From a virus: a stretch of 64,000 nt of DNA. A program made the translations under genes and the position numbers. Of the stretch, positions 55,193-62,652 are shown in pieces. Within the stretch, counting starts at the first letter, position 1; each line of letters opens with the position of its first letter. The notes under the pieces are model-generated. The model searched no databases. It was given only the letters and a program-made list of their open reading frames with translations, and had not been told where the DNA came from. Location of the stretch: positions 32,001 through 96,000 of the IMG/VR virus record IMGVR_UViG_3300025133_000040; one strand, 5' to 3'.

Positions 55193-55439
55193 GCCTTCCT
55201 AGCTTGATAACTTCATTGATTTTCTCAGACTCTACGATGCAACAAGCCATAAACCAAGCCTGAAACGCACCTTCGTCGTCCTTGAAAGCATATGCCATCT
55301 TAGCACACCGCTTAGCAAAGGCTTGAACATCATCTGTTCTCGCTGAAAAATCTGTCTCTGTCAGCAACTCAATCATTGCTCCACCTTTATTCGGTGAAGA
55401 GTTGTCGCTGTGAATATATGTCTCTATAAGTCCAGGCAT
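55137..55439 (-). CDS. hypothetical protein
   Basis: ORF in tRNA array. Confidence 0.5.
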   Translation of the reverse strand: MPGLIETYIHSDNSSPNKGGAMIELLTETDFSARTDDVQAFAKRCAKMAYAFKDDEGAFQAWFMACCIVESEKINEVIKLGRREAWSVSEVDCACGHRSC

Positions 55440-55448
55440 TAGGCCACC

Positions 55449-55616
55449 TTAAATCCAATCGTGATATTCCCGCTTTCCTGTGTACCCGCTGTATTCCCAA
55501 TTGCATGTCAAGCACTTCTCCCAGTCGCCAGAGCTATCACGCTCGTGCTCGGAGTCGATACATTGCTGCATCGTTGTCTCTTCACAGTTTTCGCAGTATC
55601 GTTCATCATAATACAT
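55449..55616 (-). CDS. small zinc-ribbon protein
   Basis: CENC...CLTC; start trimmed to avoid the tRNA. Confidence 0.55.
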   Translation of the reverse strand: MYYDERYCENCEETTMQQCIDSEHERDSSGDWEKCLTCNWEYSGYTGKREYHDWI

Positions 55617-55619
55617 AAG

Positions 55620-55690
55620 TAGTCTTCCAGGGAGTCGAACCCCGCCAATCACCTTATCAGGGTGAGTCGCTCAACCAGAGCGCGAAGACC
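55620..55690 (-). tRNA. tRNA-Ile(GAU)
   Basis: loop CTGATAA. Confidence 0.82.
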
Positions 55691-55691
55691 A

Positions 55692-55779
55692 TGGGGGAAG
55701 GCTGGGGATTTGAACCCACATTCTCCCATATGATAGCTTGTATCACAGGGCGCATTAACCACATATGCTATGCCCGACC
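55692..55779 (-). other. tRNA-like element with elongated anticodon arm and encoded CCA
   Basis: D and T arms normal; CCC-TGTGATA-CAAGC-TATCATA-TGGG replaces the anticodon arm. Confidence 0.6.
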
Positions 55780-55784
55780 AAAAG

Positions 55785-55857
55785 GGTGATATGAGGGGGT
55801 TGAACCCTACTCTTCCTCGTTCACAGCGAGGCGTGCGACCGCTACACTAATACCACC
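55785..55857 (-). tRNA. tRNA-His(GUG)
   Basis: loop CTGTGAA; G-1:C73. Confidence 0.88.
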
Positions 55858-55863
55858 ATAAAG

Positions 55864-55933
55864 CAGGCTGTTGAGGAGTCGAACCCCATTCATTCGGGTT
55901 GGAACCGAAGACCTCTCCCAGGAGGAACAGCCT
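55864..55933 (-). tRNA. tRNA-Trp(CCA)
   Basis: loop TTCCAAC; G73. Confidence 0.8.
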
Positions 55934-55943
55934 GTGATACTTC

Positions 55944-56300
55944 CTAATTAGGAAGCACTAATTTGTTTCCTGGTACAGCGATTTGAGGCTTCTCAAACAC
56001 CATAGCCAAGTACATCTCTTCAATTTCTTCAATTGGTTTTCCGCTTTGCAGGACGTGCTCAGTGGAAATGTCAATTCTATCTTCTTCTGTCCTCAACAGA
56101 GGAAACGGCTTAGCGAGCGCCGGTCCCTGCTCTGTCTCAATGAACTGATAAGCATACTTAAGCCTTATCCGTCCCTGTGTTTTACCACCGTCGTCCACGC
56201 CAATAATGTCGTGCCCAGCTAGTGTCTTGACATATACTAAACTGTTTTCAACTTCAGTATAACTAGGCTTCTTTACTTGCGTATCCTCTGGCATCTGCAC
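55944..56300 (-). CDS. hypothetical protein (Sm-like fold possible)
   Basis: VKTLAGHDIIG N-terminus; tail IAVPGNKLVLP. Confidence 0.55.
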   Translation of the reverse strand: MQMPEDTQVKKPSYTEVENSLVYVKTLAGHDIIGVDDGGKTQGRIRLKYAYQFIETEQGPALAKPFPLLRTEEDRIDISTEHVLQSGKPIEEIEEMYLAMVFEKPQIAVPGNKLVLPN

Positions 56301-56434
56301 TTCCTTTGTCGTAATCGACCTGTGATGTATCCTGTTAGTCCAATGCCACTAGCGAAGCTTAGTAACATAATTTCAAAAAACCCACCACAAATACATGATA
56401 GTAACATTAGTTAAAGTCCTTGTGTTGAGCTTAG

Positions 56435-56506
56435 TAGCGCGACGGGGAATTGAACCCCGGTCTCAAGGTTGAAAACCTAGTATCCTAACCACTAGACGAC
56501 CGCGCC
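56435..56506 (-). tRNA. tRNA-Glu(UUC)
   Basis: loop TTTTCAA. Confidence 0.9.
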
Positions 56507-56517
56507 TTACTTCTTTA

Positions 56518-56545
56518 ATTATACACCTAAGTCGGCTGGAGTCAA
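56518..56545 (-). promoter_or_regulatory. conserved promoter of tRNA operon
   Basis: TTGACT-N16-TATAAT. Confidence 0.8.
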
Positions 56546-56762
56546 GTCTTCACTTAAAAGAATTTTCTTAACTGCGTCGGCCAACTCAAGGCCCGTCTCT
56601 TTTCTCTCAGCATCCTCCGCAAGCAACTCACCCTTAAGGTGACCATCACAATAACACTCGTAAGCAAACTCGCTGTAGTCCTTTGGTTGAGTCATAAGCT
56701 CCTTACCAAACACCCCATGAGTAAGACCCGTCATCGTATAGCTTAGCTTCTGCTTCTTCATT
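56519..56762 (-). CDS. hypothetical protein
   Basis: ORF from MKKQK. Confidence 0.5.
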
Positions 56763-56786
56763 GCTTTCCCTTTCCTGTGCCTCAAG

Positions 56787-56858
56787 TAACCCATCTCAGA
56801 ATCGAACTGAGTCTTAAAGGTTCAAAACCTCGCGTGCGAACCATTACACTAATGGGTA
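56787..56858 (-). tRNA. tRNA-Gln(UUG)
   Basis: loop TTTTGAA. Confidence 0.82.
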
Positions 56859-56871
56859 GTAATGCTACAAG

Positions 56872-56945
56872 TAAGAGCGGTGGGAATCGAACCCACACTA
56901 TACGGAATTTAAACCCGCTCCCTCTTCCATTTGGGGCACGCTCTC
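56872..56945 (-). tRNA. tRNA-Leu(UAA), short variable loop
   Basis: loop TTTAAAT; 5-nt variable region. Confidence 0.78.
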
Positions 56946-56946
56946 A

Positions 56947-57016
56947 TGGCAGTCGCAAATGGTCTCTCACCACTATCTCCCCTGGCCTGGGGCATTTTGC
57001 TTTAAACTACACGACT
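56947..57016 (-). other. tRNA-like element with aberrant anticodon arm and encoded CCA
   Basis: AGTCGTG/TGCGACT-G-CCA; CCCC-AGGCCA-GGGG arm; T-loop TGAGAGA. Confidence 0.55.
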
Positions 57017-57020
57017 AAAG

Positions 57021-57092
57021 TAGGGACAGTTGGACTCGCACCAACAACCTCTGGCTTTTGAAACCAGTGCTCTACTATTTGGCTATGCCCCC
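57021..57092 (-). tRNA. tRNA-Leu(CAA), short variable loop
   Basis: loop TTCAAAA; T-loop TGCGAGT. Confidence 0.78.
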
Positions 57093-57097
57093 TTAAG

Positions 57098-57169
57098 TAG
57101 TGACGGCGGGACTCGCACCCGCAACCTCCTGTTCCTAAAACAGGTGCTCTACTATTTGGCTACGTCACC
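57098..57169 (-). tRNA. tRNA-Leu(UAG), short variable loop
   Basis: loop TTTAGGA; T-loop TGCGAGT. Confidence 0.78.
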
Positions 57170-57176
57170 ATAATTA

Positions 57177-57245
57177 TAACACTACAGGATTCGAGACCTG
57201 CACCTCCTCCGCTCATGGAGACGAACCTCAATTAGTCTAAGTGCC
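57177..57245 (-). pseudogene. degenerate tRNA (possibly Leu-GAG)
   Basis: 6-nt loop ATGAGC; irregular T-loop and D-arm. Confidence 0.45.
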
Positions 57246-57251
57246 ATAAAG

Positions 57252-57323
57252 CTGCCGCTGCGGGAGTTGCACCCACATTTCCCTGATGTTTGTCAGGTTG
57301 CCCTACTGTTGGACGAAGCGACA
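57252..57323 (-). other. tRNA-like element with 6-nt loop CAAACA
   Basis: paired acceptor, D and T arms; no U33-type anticodon loop. Confidence 0.55.
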
Positions 57324-57328
57324 TCAAA

Positions 57329-57438
57329 GCAACTCTGTACCATCCCAACATACGCTTTCGCAAGACAGACTACAGGAAGGTGGTAAGCCGTATCCTGCGT
57401 ACTTTTCATCTCATCACGCCGTATGCGGGCAAAGCCGC
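57329..57438 (-). ncRNA. candidate long imperfect hairpin RNA
   Basis: GCGGCTTTG/CAGAGTTGC, CATACG/CGTATG, GCAGGA/TCCTGT. Confidence 0.35.
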
Positions 57439-57441
57439 AAG

Positions 57442-57514
57442 CTCTCAGTCCAGGTAACGCTCCTGGCAACATCTGGTTAACAGCCAGCGCCGTTCACTTG
57501 CTCGGTCACTGAGA
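57442..57514 (-). tRNA. tRNA-Asn(GUU)
   Basis: loop CTGTTAA; G73; variant T-loop AGCGTTA. Confidence 0.78.
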
Positions 57515-57538
57515 GTGTTGTGTCATGCTTGTTCTTAA

Positions 57539-57566
57539 AGTATAACACGGTTTCAGTTGGGGTCAA
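57539..57566 (-). promoter_or_regulatory. conserved promoter of tRNA operon
   Basis: TTGACC-N16-TATACT. Confidence 0.75.
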
Positions 57567-57568
57567 CC

Positions 57569-58528
57569 CTAATCTTGAGGATATGTCCAACAATTTTCAC
57601 ATGGTGTTCCCTTTAGGTCTTTGGAAAGCATTGCCTTCCTCAAATCCTGGTACTTCTGGCTATGCCAAGCCTCCATAAATGTCACTTCGTTTAAATCACC
57701 CATATCAAACTCATGGGTATGATTGAAACAACAACCAGACATTTTACCGTCCCATGTGATTCTCGCCTCCCTAAAGAGAGCGAAGCATAAATCGGTCGTA
57801 AACGGTGCCCCGTAGCGACCAAAGTTTCCGATGACGGGCTTCTTACCCATCGCCTCCATCTGTTCTAAATTAAGACCCGCCTGAGAGTACAAAGGAAGCC
57901 AGTAGTGCTCGTCCACATAGGGCCTCAGCTCTGCCACACTCTCTTCCATCTTCTCAAACTGCTCACCGTCATAGCGGATACTAGACAGGTACAAGCCACA
58001 GTCAGCCCCAAGTTCTTCTCGTACAGCGTATGCGTCCTTAATGTTCTGGACCACTATATGAAAGTTTTTACCTGGAACTCTAGCCATTTCCTCAAACTGT
58101 TCTTCGTCTGAGCTGTTGAAACTAAACTTCAGACTGTCAAGTCCAGCCTCCATGCACTTTCTAACTGTTTCTTTCTTAGCTAACCGTCCGTTGGTTGTTA
58201 AGAATACATATGGGAACTTACAAACATTCTTAGCGTAATCAATTGCTTCCGGCAACCACTTACACAAGAATGACTCCCCTAGGAAAAACAACCCAATCTC
58301 TTCTACTCCGCTATCCCTTGCGTCTTTAACAGCCTTCTTAAAAAACTCTTTGTCCATTTCTGATTGCTCTCGCAACTTCAATGCCGTAGCGCAAAAGCTA
58401 CATCGAAAATCACAATGAGCAGTAAGCTCGATTTTCAAGGCGTGTGGACAAGGAGGCGTAACTGATTGACACTCTTCTGGAATTACCGTCACATTGTCAA
58501 TTTTATCAGTGATTGTTCTTTTTTCCAC
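57569..58528 (-). CDS. radical SAM/SPASM protein
   Basis: CDFRCSFC, GE, TTNG, C-terminal CC and CENC. Confidence 0.92.
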   Translation of the reverse strand: MEKRTITDKIDNVTVIPEECQSVTPPCPHALKIELTAHCDFRCSFCATALKLREQSEMDKEFFKKAVKDARDSGVEEIGLFFLGESFLCKWLPEAIDYAKNVCKFPYVFLTTNGRLAKKETVRKCMEAGLDSLKFSFNSSDEEQFEEMARVPGKNFHIVVQNIKDAYAVREELGADCGLYLSSIRYDGEQFEKMEESVAELRPYVDEHYWLPLYSQAGLNLEQMEAMGKKPVIGNFGRYGAPFTTDLCFALFREARITWDGKMSGCCFNHTHEFDMGDLNEVTFMEAWHSQKYQDLRKAMLSKDLKGTPCENCWTYPQD

Positions 58529-58541
58529 GCTTAGTTCCTTA

Positions 58542-58811
58542 TTATTCGTCGAGTTCCGATACTATAATACATTTATTAGTATCTGTATATTCCGAACCCG
58601 CAGTCATTGCTCCAGGCCCTTCAACTCCGCTGTAGTAATAGCTTTGATTAATGGCACTAATGCCATTTGATACGTTTTCTAGCTCGTTAAGCATAGCAGT
58701 ACGAACACTTGTCAAACCTGTCACTAACCCCGCCACCAATATGCCGCTAAGCATAATATATTCAGCAGAAATAATCCCGCCGATTTCATCGTTCCATAGT
58801 CTTTGTAGCAT
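58542..58811 (-). CDS. Flp-type (type IVb/Tad) pilin-like protein, planctomycete type
   Basis: LWNDEIG|GIISAEY + hydrophobic helix + EL..V...I..INQSY. Confidence 0.8.
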   Translation of the reverse strand: MLQRLWNDEIGGIISAEYIMLSGILVAGLVTGLTSVRTAMLNELENVSNGISAINQSYYYSGVEGPGAMTAGSEYTDTNKCIIVSELDE

Positions 58812-58847
58812 GACTTATGTCTCTCTATATTAATAATTAATTGCAAG

Positions 58848-58916
58848 TTTGACCGCAGGAATCGAACCTGCCCCTCCTACTACGAGCAGGCGTGCTACCA
58901 CCATACACTTGGTCGC
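58848..58916 (-). pseudogene. degenerate tRNA-like element
   Basis: D and T arms present; shortened anticodon arm CCTGCTCGTAGTAGG; partial acceptor. Confidence 0.5.
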
Positions 58917-58918
58917 AG

Positions 58919-58990
58919 TAGGGTATCGGAGAGTCGAACTCCGCGCTCCCTGCTCCCAAAGCAGGTGTCACACCCCGCGACTTATACCCT
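58919..58990 (-). tRNA. tRNA-Pro(UGG)
   Basis: loop TTTGGGA. Confidence 0.82.
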
Positions 58991-58994
58991 AGAC

Positions 58995-59252
58995 TTATCT
59001 TTTACTAACAGATGGGCCATAAACCCCTCCGCTAATCCTCCAAAGTTTCTTAGCCTTTCTTAAGGAGGTAGCAAATTCATCAGCTTCTTCCTTTGTTGGA
59101 AAAGCTTCTACTTCTTTATTTAGTTCTCCAAGAACCCCATAATTACAAAACCAAATCGACCCCCAAGTTACATACCAAAGTTGAATTGCTTCAACCGTGT
59201 GTGTTTCATTGGAGACCAAGGTCTCAATCTTTTTCTTCTTAAACGGCCACAT
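58995..59252 (-). CDS. hypothetical protein
   Basis: ORF from MWPFKKK with AAGG RBS. Confidence 0.6.
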   Translation of the reverse strand: MWPFKKKKIETLVSNETHTVEAIQLWYVTWGSIWFCNYGVLGELNKEVEAFPTKEEADEFATSLRKAKKLWRISGGVYGPSVSKR

Positions 59253-59301
59253 AGCAACCTTTCTTTCCTGTTTCAAATTCCTAGGTGAGCAAAGCTCACA
59301 G

Positions 59302-59386
59302 TGAGAAGTAAGGGAATCGAACCCCCTGCCGCCACCGCACATATTAATGGCCAGTGGGCTACAACCACCGATGCGGAATACCTCTC
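59302..59386 (-). tRNA. tRNA-Tyr(GUA) lacking a D-stem
   Basis: loop TTGTAGC; 10-nt D-replacement CCGCAT complementary to GTGCGG in the enlarged variable arm. Confidence 0.7.
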
Positions 59387-59396
59387 ATGTTTTGCC

Positions 59397-59514
59397 AATA
59401 GTTACCGTCCACGGTTCTCTAGTAACTATTTATTCCTGATGATTCAGAGCAACCCGAACCAGCTCTCAGCCTTTATCAGCGAACTTTCATAACTACCTAC
59501 CGTCAGCAGTTATT
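59397..59514 (-). ncRNA. candidate structured RNA
   Basis: ATAACTGC/GTAGTTAT, CTGAT/ATCAG junction, AATAGTTAC/GTAACTATT. Confidence 0.35.
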
Positions 59515-59523
59515 ACAAGCAAG

Positions 59524-59596
59524 CCACCTAGACGGGAGTCGAACCCGCAACGCTCCGGTAGACAACCGGACCCCATTACCGTATGGGCTCTAGGCG
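59524..59596 (-). tRNA. tRNA-Asp(GUC)
   Basis: loop TTGTCTA; G73. Confidence 0.82.
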
Positions 59597-59620
59597 AAAT
59601 AAGTGAGCGTTAGCTCACAG

Positions 59621-59692
59621 TAGGCAACCAGGGAATCGAACCCCATCCGATGCGTCCGAAGCGCATTGTGCTATCCATCACACCCGTCACCC
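59621..59692 (-). tRNA. tRNA-Arg(UCG)
   Basis: loop CTTCGGA. Confidence 0.82.
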
Positions 59693-59696
59693 AAAG

Positions 59697-59769
59697 TGGT
59701 GCCCTAGGGAATCGAACCCTACTACGCCGAACTTCAACCGGCTGCCGTCACCAGATTAGCTAGGACACC
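59697..59769 (-). tRNA. tRNA-Phe(GAA)
   Basis: loop TTGAAGT. Confidence 0.85.
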
Positions 59770-59788
59770 ATAATATTCATGTTCAAAC

Positions 59789-60028
59789 TTACCCATGACC
59801 ATTACTGTCCTCTTGCAAGGACTTGTAATGTTCTTTACTCTTTTTCTGCCAAAAGGACACTTGGCCTACCGCAATCGGAAAGAAGTCATAGACTTCAACC
59901 AAGTTCTCGTAGGTAAAATGGGCATATGAAGGAAACTCACTACCCATAGGTCTGTAGACCCCGCCGTGTTCCTCAACATACTCAAAAATACAGCTATCAT
60001 CAGGTCTCACTAAGTATCTCGCCTTCAT
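59789..60028 (-). CDS. hypothetical protein
   Basis: ORF in tRNA array. Confidence 0.55.
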   Translation of the reverse strand: MKARYLVRPDDSCIFEYVEEHGGVYRPMGSEFPSYAHFTYENLVEVYDFFPIAVGQVSFWQKKSKEHYKSLQEDSNGHG

Positions 60029-60374
60029 TGGATGGTCTCACCCTCATGCCCAGTAATTGCAGGCATAAACGCTCTTGCAAGCTCAGCTCGCCGTTCTGCC
60101 CAATCATCTTTAGACTTGCTAAAAACAGCCATTAAGCTATCTGCACACTCCAAAGCCAACTCAAACGCATCTACTGAACCATCGCTCATACATATTTTCC
60201 TTTTATGTTATAGCTAAGGCACCTTCGTTAGGGTGCTAAAATGAAAAAAGCGTCACCAATTATGCTGCGCGGAGGTCCGTACCCTTATCGGCCCCATTAT
60301 CATTACCATGATAAAAGGCGAGACGTTCGGGTTTTTGGGCCAACGGCCATAAATTGATTAAAGTATTCATAGAG

Positions 60375-60446
60375 CATCCGGTAGGGGAGTCGAACCCCTG
60401 TCCGCTGATAGAGAATCAGCTATCCTAGCCACTAGACGAACCGGAC
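60375..60446 (-). tRNA. tRNA-Glu(CUC)
   Basis: loop TTCTCTA. Confidence 0.88.
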
Positions 60447-60483
60447 AAAAGTGAGGAGAAGCTTTCTTCTCCTGACTATTATA

Positions 60484-60511
60484 AGTATACACCCAAAACG
60501 CCTGGAGTCAA
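60484..60511 (-). promoter_or_regulatory. conserved promoter of tRNA operon
   Basis: TTGACT-N16-TATACT. Confidence 0.8.
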
Positions 60512-60945
60512 CTATAATTCAGAAAAACTTTTTCACGAACCATTGGATAGTAGTCCCCAGTAACGCCAGTAGCCCTAAATCCCATCTTTTTAAGGAACAA
60601 CTGACCCCTTAAATTATCGTCCCGAACCTCAAATTCGATACGATTGCGACTAGGACGAAACTTTGCCAACATTTTATCCATCATTCTTGTGCCAACCTTC
60701 CGGCGGCGAAAATCCTCATGGACAGCAAATGTTATCATATAATACTTTTCTTTCATAAGCTCGTAAAGCATATAGCCAGCAAGCTCATCATTTAATGTCG
60801 CAACCAGTCCGATACAGTTCCTTCTTTTAAGTATGTCGGTAAATTCCTGTCGCGTCATAGGGTCGTCAAAACACATCCACTCCGTCTGAGAAACCCAATC
60901 CATATCCGCTGCAATCATCCACCTCATAAAAAACTTGTCGGTCAT
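60508..60945 (-). CDS. rimI: RimI-like GNAT acetyltransferase
   Basis: RWMI..DM, RNCIG, GYMLYEL, FAVH..FRRRKVG, EVR..N..QLF...GF. Confidence 0.85.
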   Translation of the reverse strand: MTDKFFMRWMIAADMDWVSQTEWMCFDDPMTRQEFTDILKRRNCIGLVATLNDELAGYMLYELMKEKYYMITFAVHEDFRRRKVGTRMMDKMLAKFRPSRNRIEFEVRDDNLRGQLFLKKMGFRATGVTGDYYPMVREKVFLNYS

Positions 60946-60986
60946 CGTTGCTTGTCTCCATGATTATACAGGTAATCCAGCTAGGG

Positions 60987-61571
60987 TCAAGGGAGTATTC
61001 TCACTTTTCCCAAATCAATTTGCTTTTGAATGTATGCCGCCTCTTTTCCCCAGTTGTGCCCCCTGGACCCAACCCCGCTTTTTGGGTAGTAGTGCTTGAA
61101 CTGCCCCTTATACCCCTCCACGTAGTCAAACCCAGTGATATAAAAGGGCCTATCTAACACATCACAGAAGTACCCTATAGCTAATACACCTACAGAGCAC
61201 CACTCCTTGCTTGGTTGGTTTATTCCTACTGCCTCACCAATTTTCTGACAGAACCCCGAACCCACATGTACGTATTTTTTATTATAGATGTTTCGTACGT
61301 TCTTAGCTCGTCCGTTCATAGACGCTGTGCCGCTACAATATGTGACAAAATTTATTACCTTTTTCAGGTCTGGAGCCTTACACCAATGAACGTCGTGGGT
61401 CGAGCGACGACAAAAGTAGTCAACTCGCTCGCCGCAGTCCCTCTCGAAACCCTTAACAACATAGTTGTTCATGCGAGACACAACACCAAAGGAATCAATC
61501 ACCTCTCCCTTTCTCTTGTCTTTCAGGGTGGAGCCGTTACCAACTAGAATAAGCGTCTTTGAATAACTCAT
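60987..61571 (-). CDS. GT29 (sialyltransferase)-like protein
   Basis: LVGNG...GEVIDSF.VV.RMN...D.G sialylmotif-L-like; SVG, GFD, HY, HNW..E. Confidence 0.75.
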   Translation of the reverse strand: MSYSKTLILVGNGSTLKDKRKGEVIDSFGVVSRMNNYVVKGFERDCGERVDYFCRRSTHDVHWCKAPDLKKVINFVTYCSGTASMNGRAKNVRNIYNKKYVHVGSGFCQKIGEAVGINQPSKEWCSVGVLAIGYFCDVLDRPFYITGFDYVEGYKGQFKHYYPKSGVGSRGHNWGKEAAYIQKQIDLGKVRILP

Positions 61572-62286
61572 AATCCTCTCTTGTGTCTATTGACGGGAAT
61601 TTCTCTGATACAATACATTTTATACTGAGCCCTTCTTCCATCCAGTGTAATTGCTCTAGGTTTTCTTCATAGGCTGCACTATATTCAAGAGGAGGGCCTA
61701 GTCGTTGTATCTCTTTCAATGTTGAGTACTTGAATCCGTAAATTCCGCTATGAATCCACCTAGATTCTGCGTTGTATGGAATTGGGGCACGAGAGAAATA
61801 CATGGCCTCATCGTCACAATCCATAACCACTTTGACCATATTGGGGTTAGTGTGGTCTGAGTCGCTATCTAGATAGGCTAGGGTGGCTATTTGAGGTAGT
61901 AGGGGCTCATCGTGACTTAGTGTGCTAACAATCCAATTGAGGTACTTCTCACCCTGCTCAGGCTTAAGGATGCAATCCCCCTGGACGTTGATGACAATAT
62001 CATCGTCTTGGAGATTAAGTGTCCTTACGGCCTCAATCACGCGAGATGTTCCTGAGTCATGCGTGTAGGTCATTACACAATTACCGTCAAAGGCTTTAAC
62101 AGCGTGGTCTATTTCTACGTCTTCAGTAGCCACAAACACATACTTAGACTTAAAGCCCTTTACACCCTCGTATGCGTGTTGAATTAGGGGTTTACCCGTT
62201 TCTGCCAAGAGCATCTTGCCTGACAGTCTCTTGCTGTTCAACCTTGCCGGGAGCACTACTATTGTCCACGGATTCCTTCTTCTCAT
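61537..62286 (-). CDS. kdsB: CMP-KDO synthetase
   Basis: PARLNSKRLSGK, SGTSR, INVQGD, VKVV, YFSRAPIP, LEQL. Confidence 0.9.
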   Translation of the reverse strand: MRRRNPWTIVVLPARLNSKRLSGKMLLAETGKPLIQHAYEGVKGFKSKYVFVATEDVEIDHAVKAFDGNCVMTYTHDSGTSRVIEAVRTLNLQDDDIVINVQGDCILKPEQGEKYLNWIVSTLSHDEPLLPQIATLAYLDSDSDHTNPNMVKVVMDCDDEAMYFSRAPIPYNAESRWIHSGIYGFKYSTLKEIQRLGPPLEYSAAYEENLEQLHWMEEGLSIKCIVSEKFPSIDTREDYELFKDAYSSW

Positions 62287-62650
62287 TCTTCATTCCTCCG
62301 AAAGTTAATCTTTCAATATCATTTGGGTCCAAGTCATTCGTCCAATAAACCTCAAGACACTGACAATCTGTACTTGCCTCAAACTTATGGAAGACGCCTG
62401 GAGGGACATCTGTAAACTGCCCCGCTTCCAGCACAGTTACATCTTCACCTGCCTCCCTATAGATTATAACACGAAGTGAACCTGAAATCAAGAAGAATCT
62501 GTTCCATTTTTGATTGTGGCAATGTTGGGAGCAAAATCCACCTTCTTTGATTTTAAGGTAATGTACCTCTGATTGGGGGCCACAGAAGATGCACTGGGTA
62601 TGACCCCAGAATTTGGACTGGATGGCACCAGCTAGTGTTTTATGGCTCAT
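62192..62650 (-). CDS. cupin domain protein
   Basis: KFWG, CSQHCH, VPPGVFHKF. Confidence 0.8.
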   Translation of the reverse strand: MSHKTLAGAIQSKFWGHTQCIFCGPQSEVHYLKIKEGGFCSQHCHNQKWNRFFLISGSLRVIIYREAGEDVTVLEAGQFTDVPPGVFHKFEASTDCQCLEVYWTNDLDPNDIERLTFGGMKNEKKESVDNSSAPGKVEQQETVRQDALGRNG

Positions 62651-62652
62651 TC

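Noticed and set aside
57329-57438. Hammerhead ribozyme or SRP RNA
   Set aside because: GTGATGA..GAAA lacks the CUGANGA core and stem geometry; the SRP helix-8 motif is absent.
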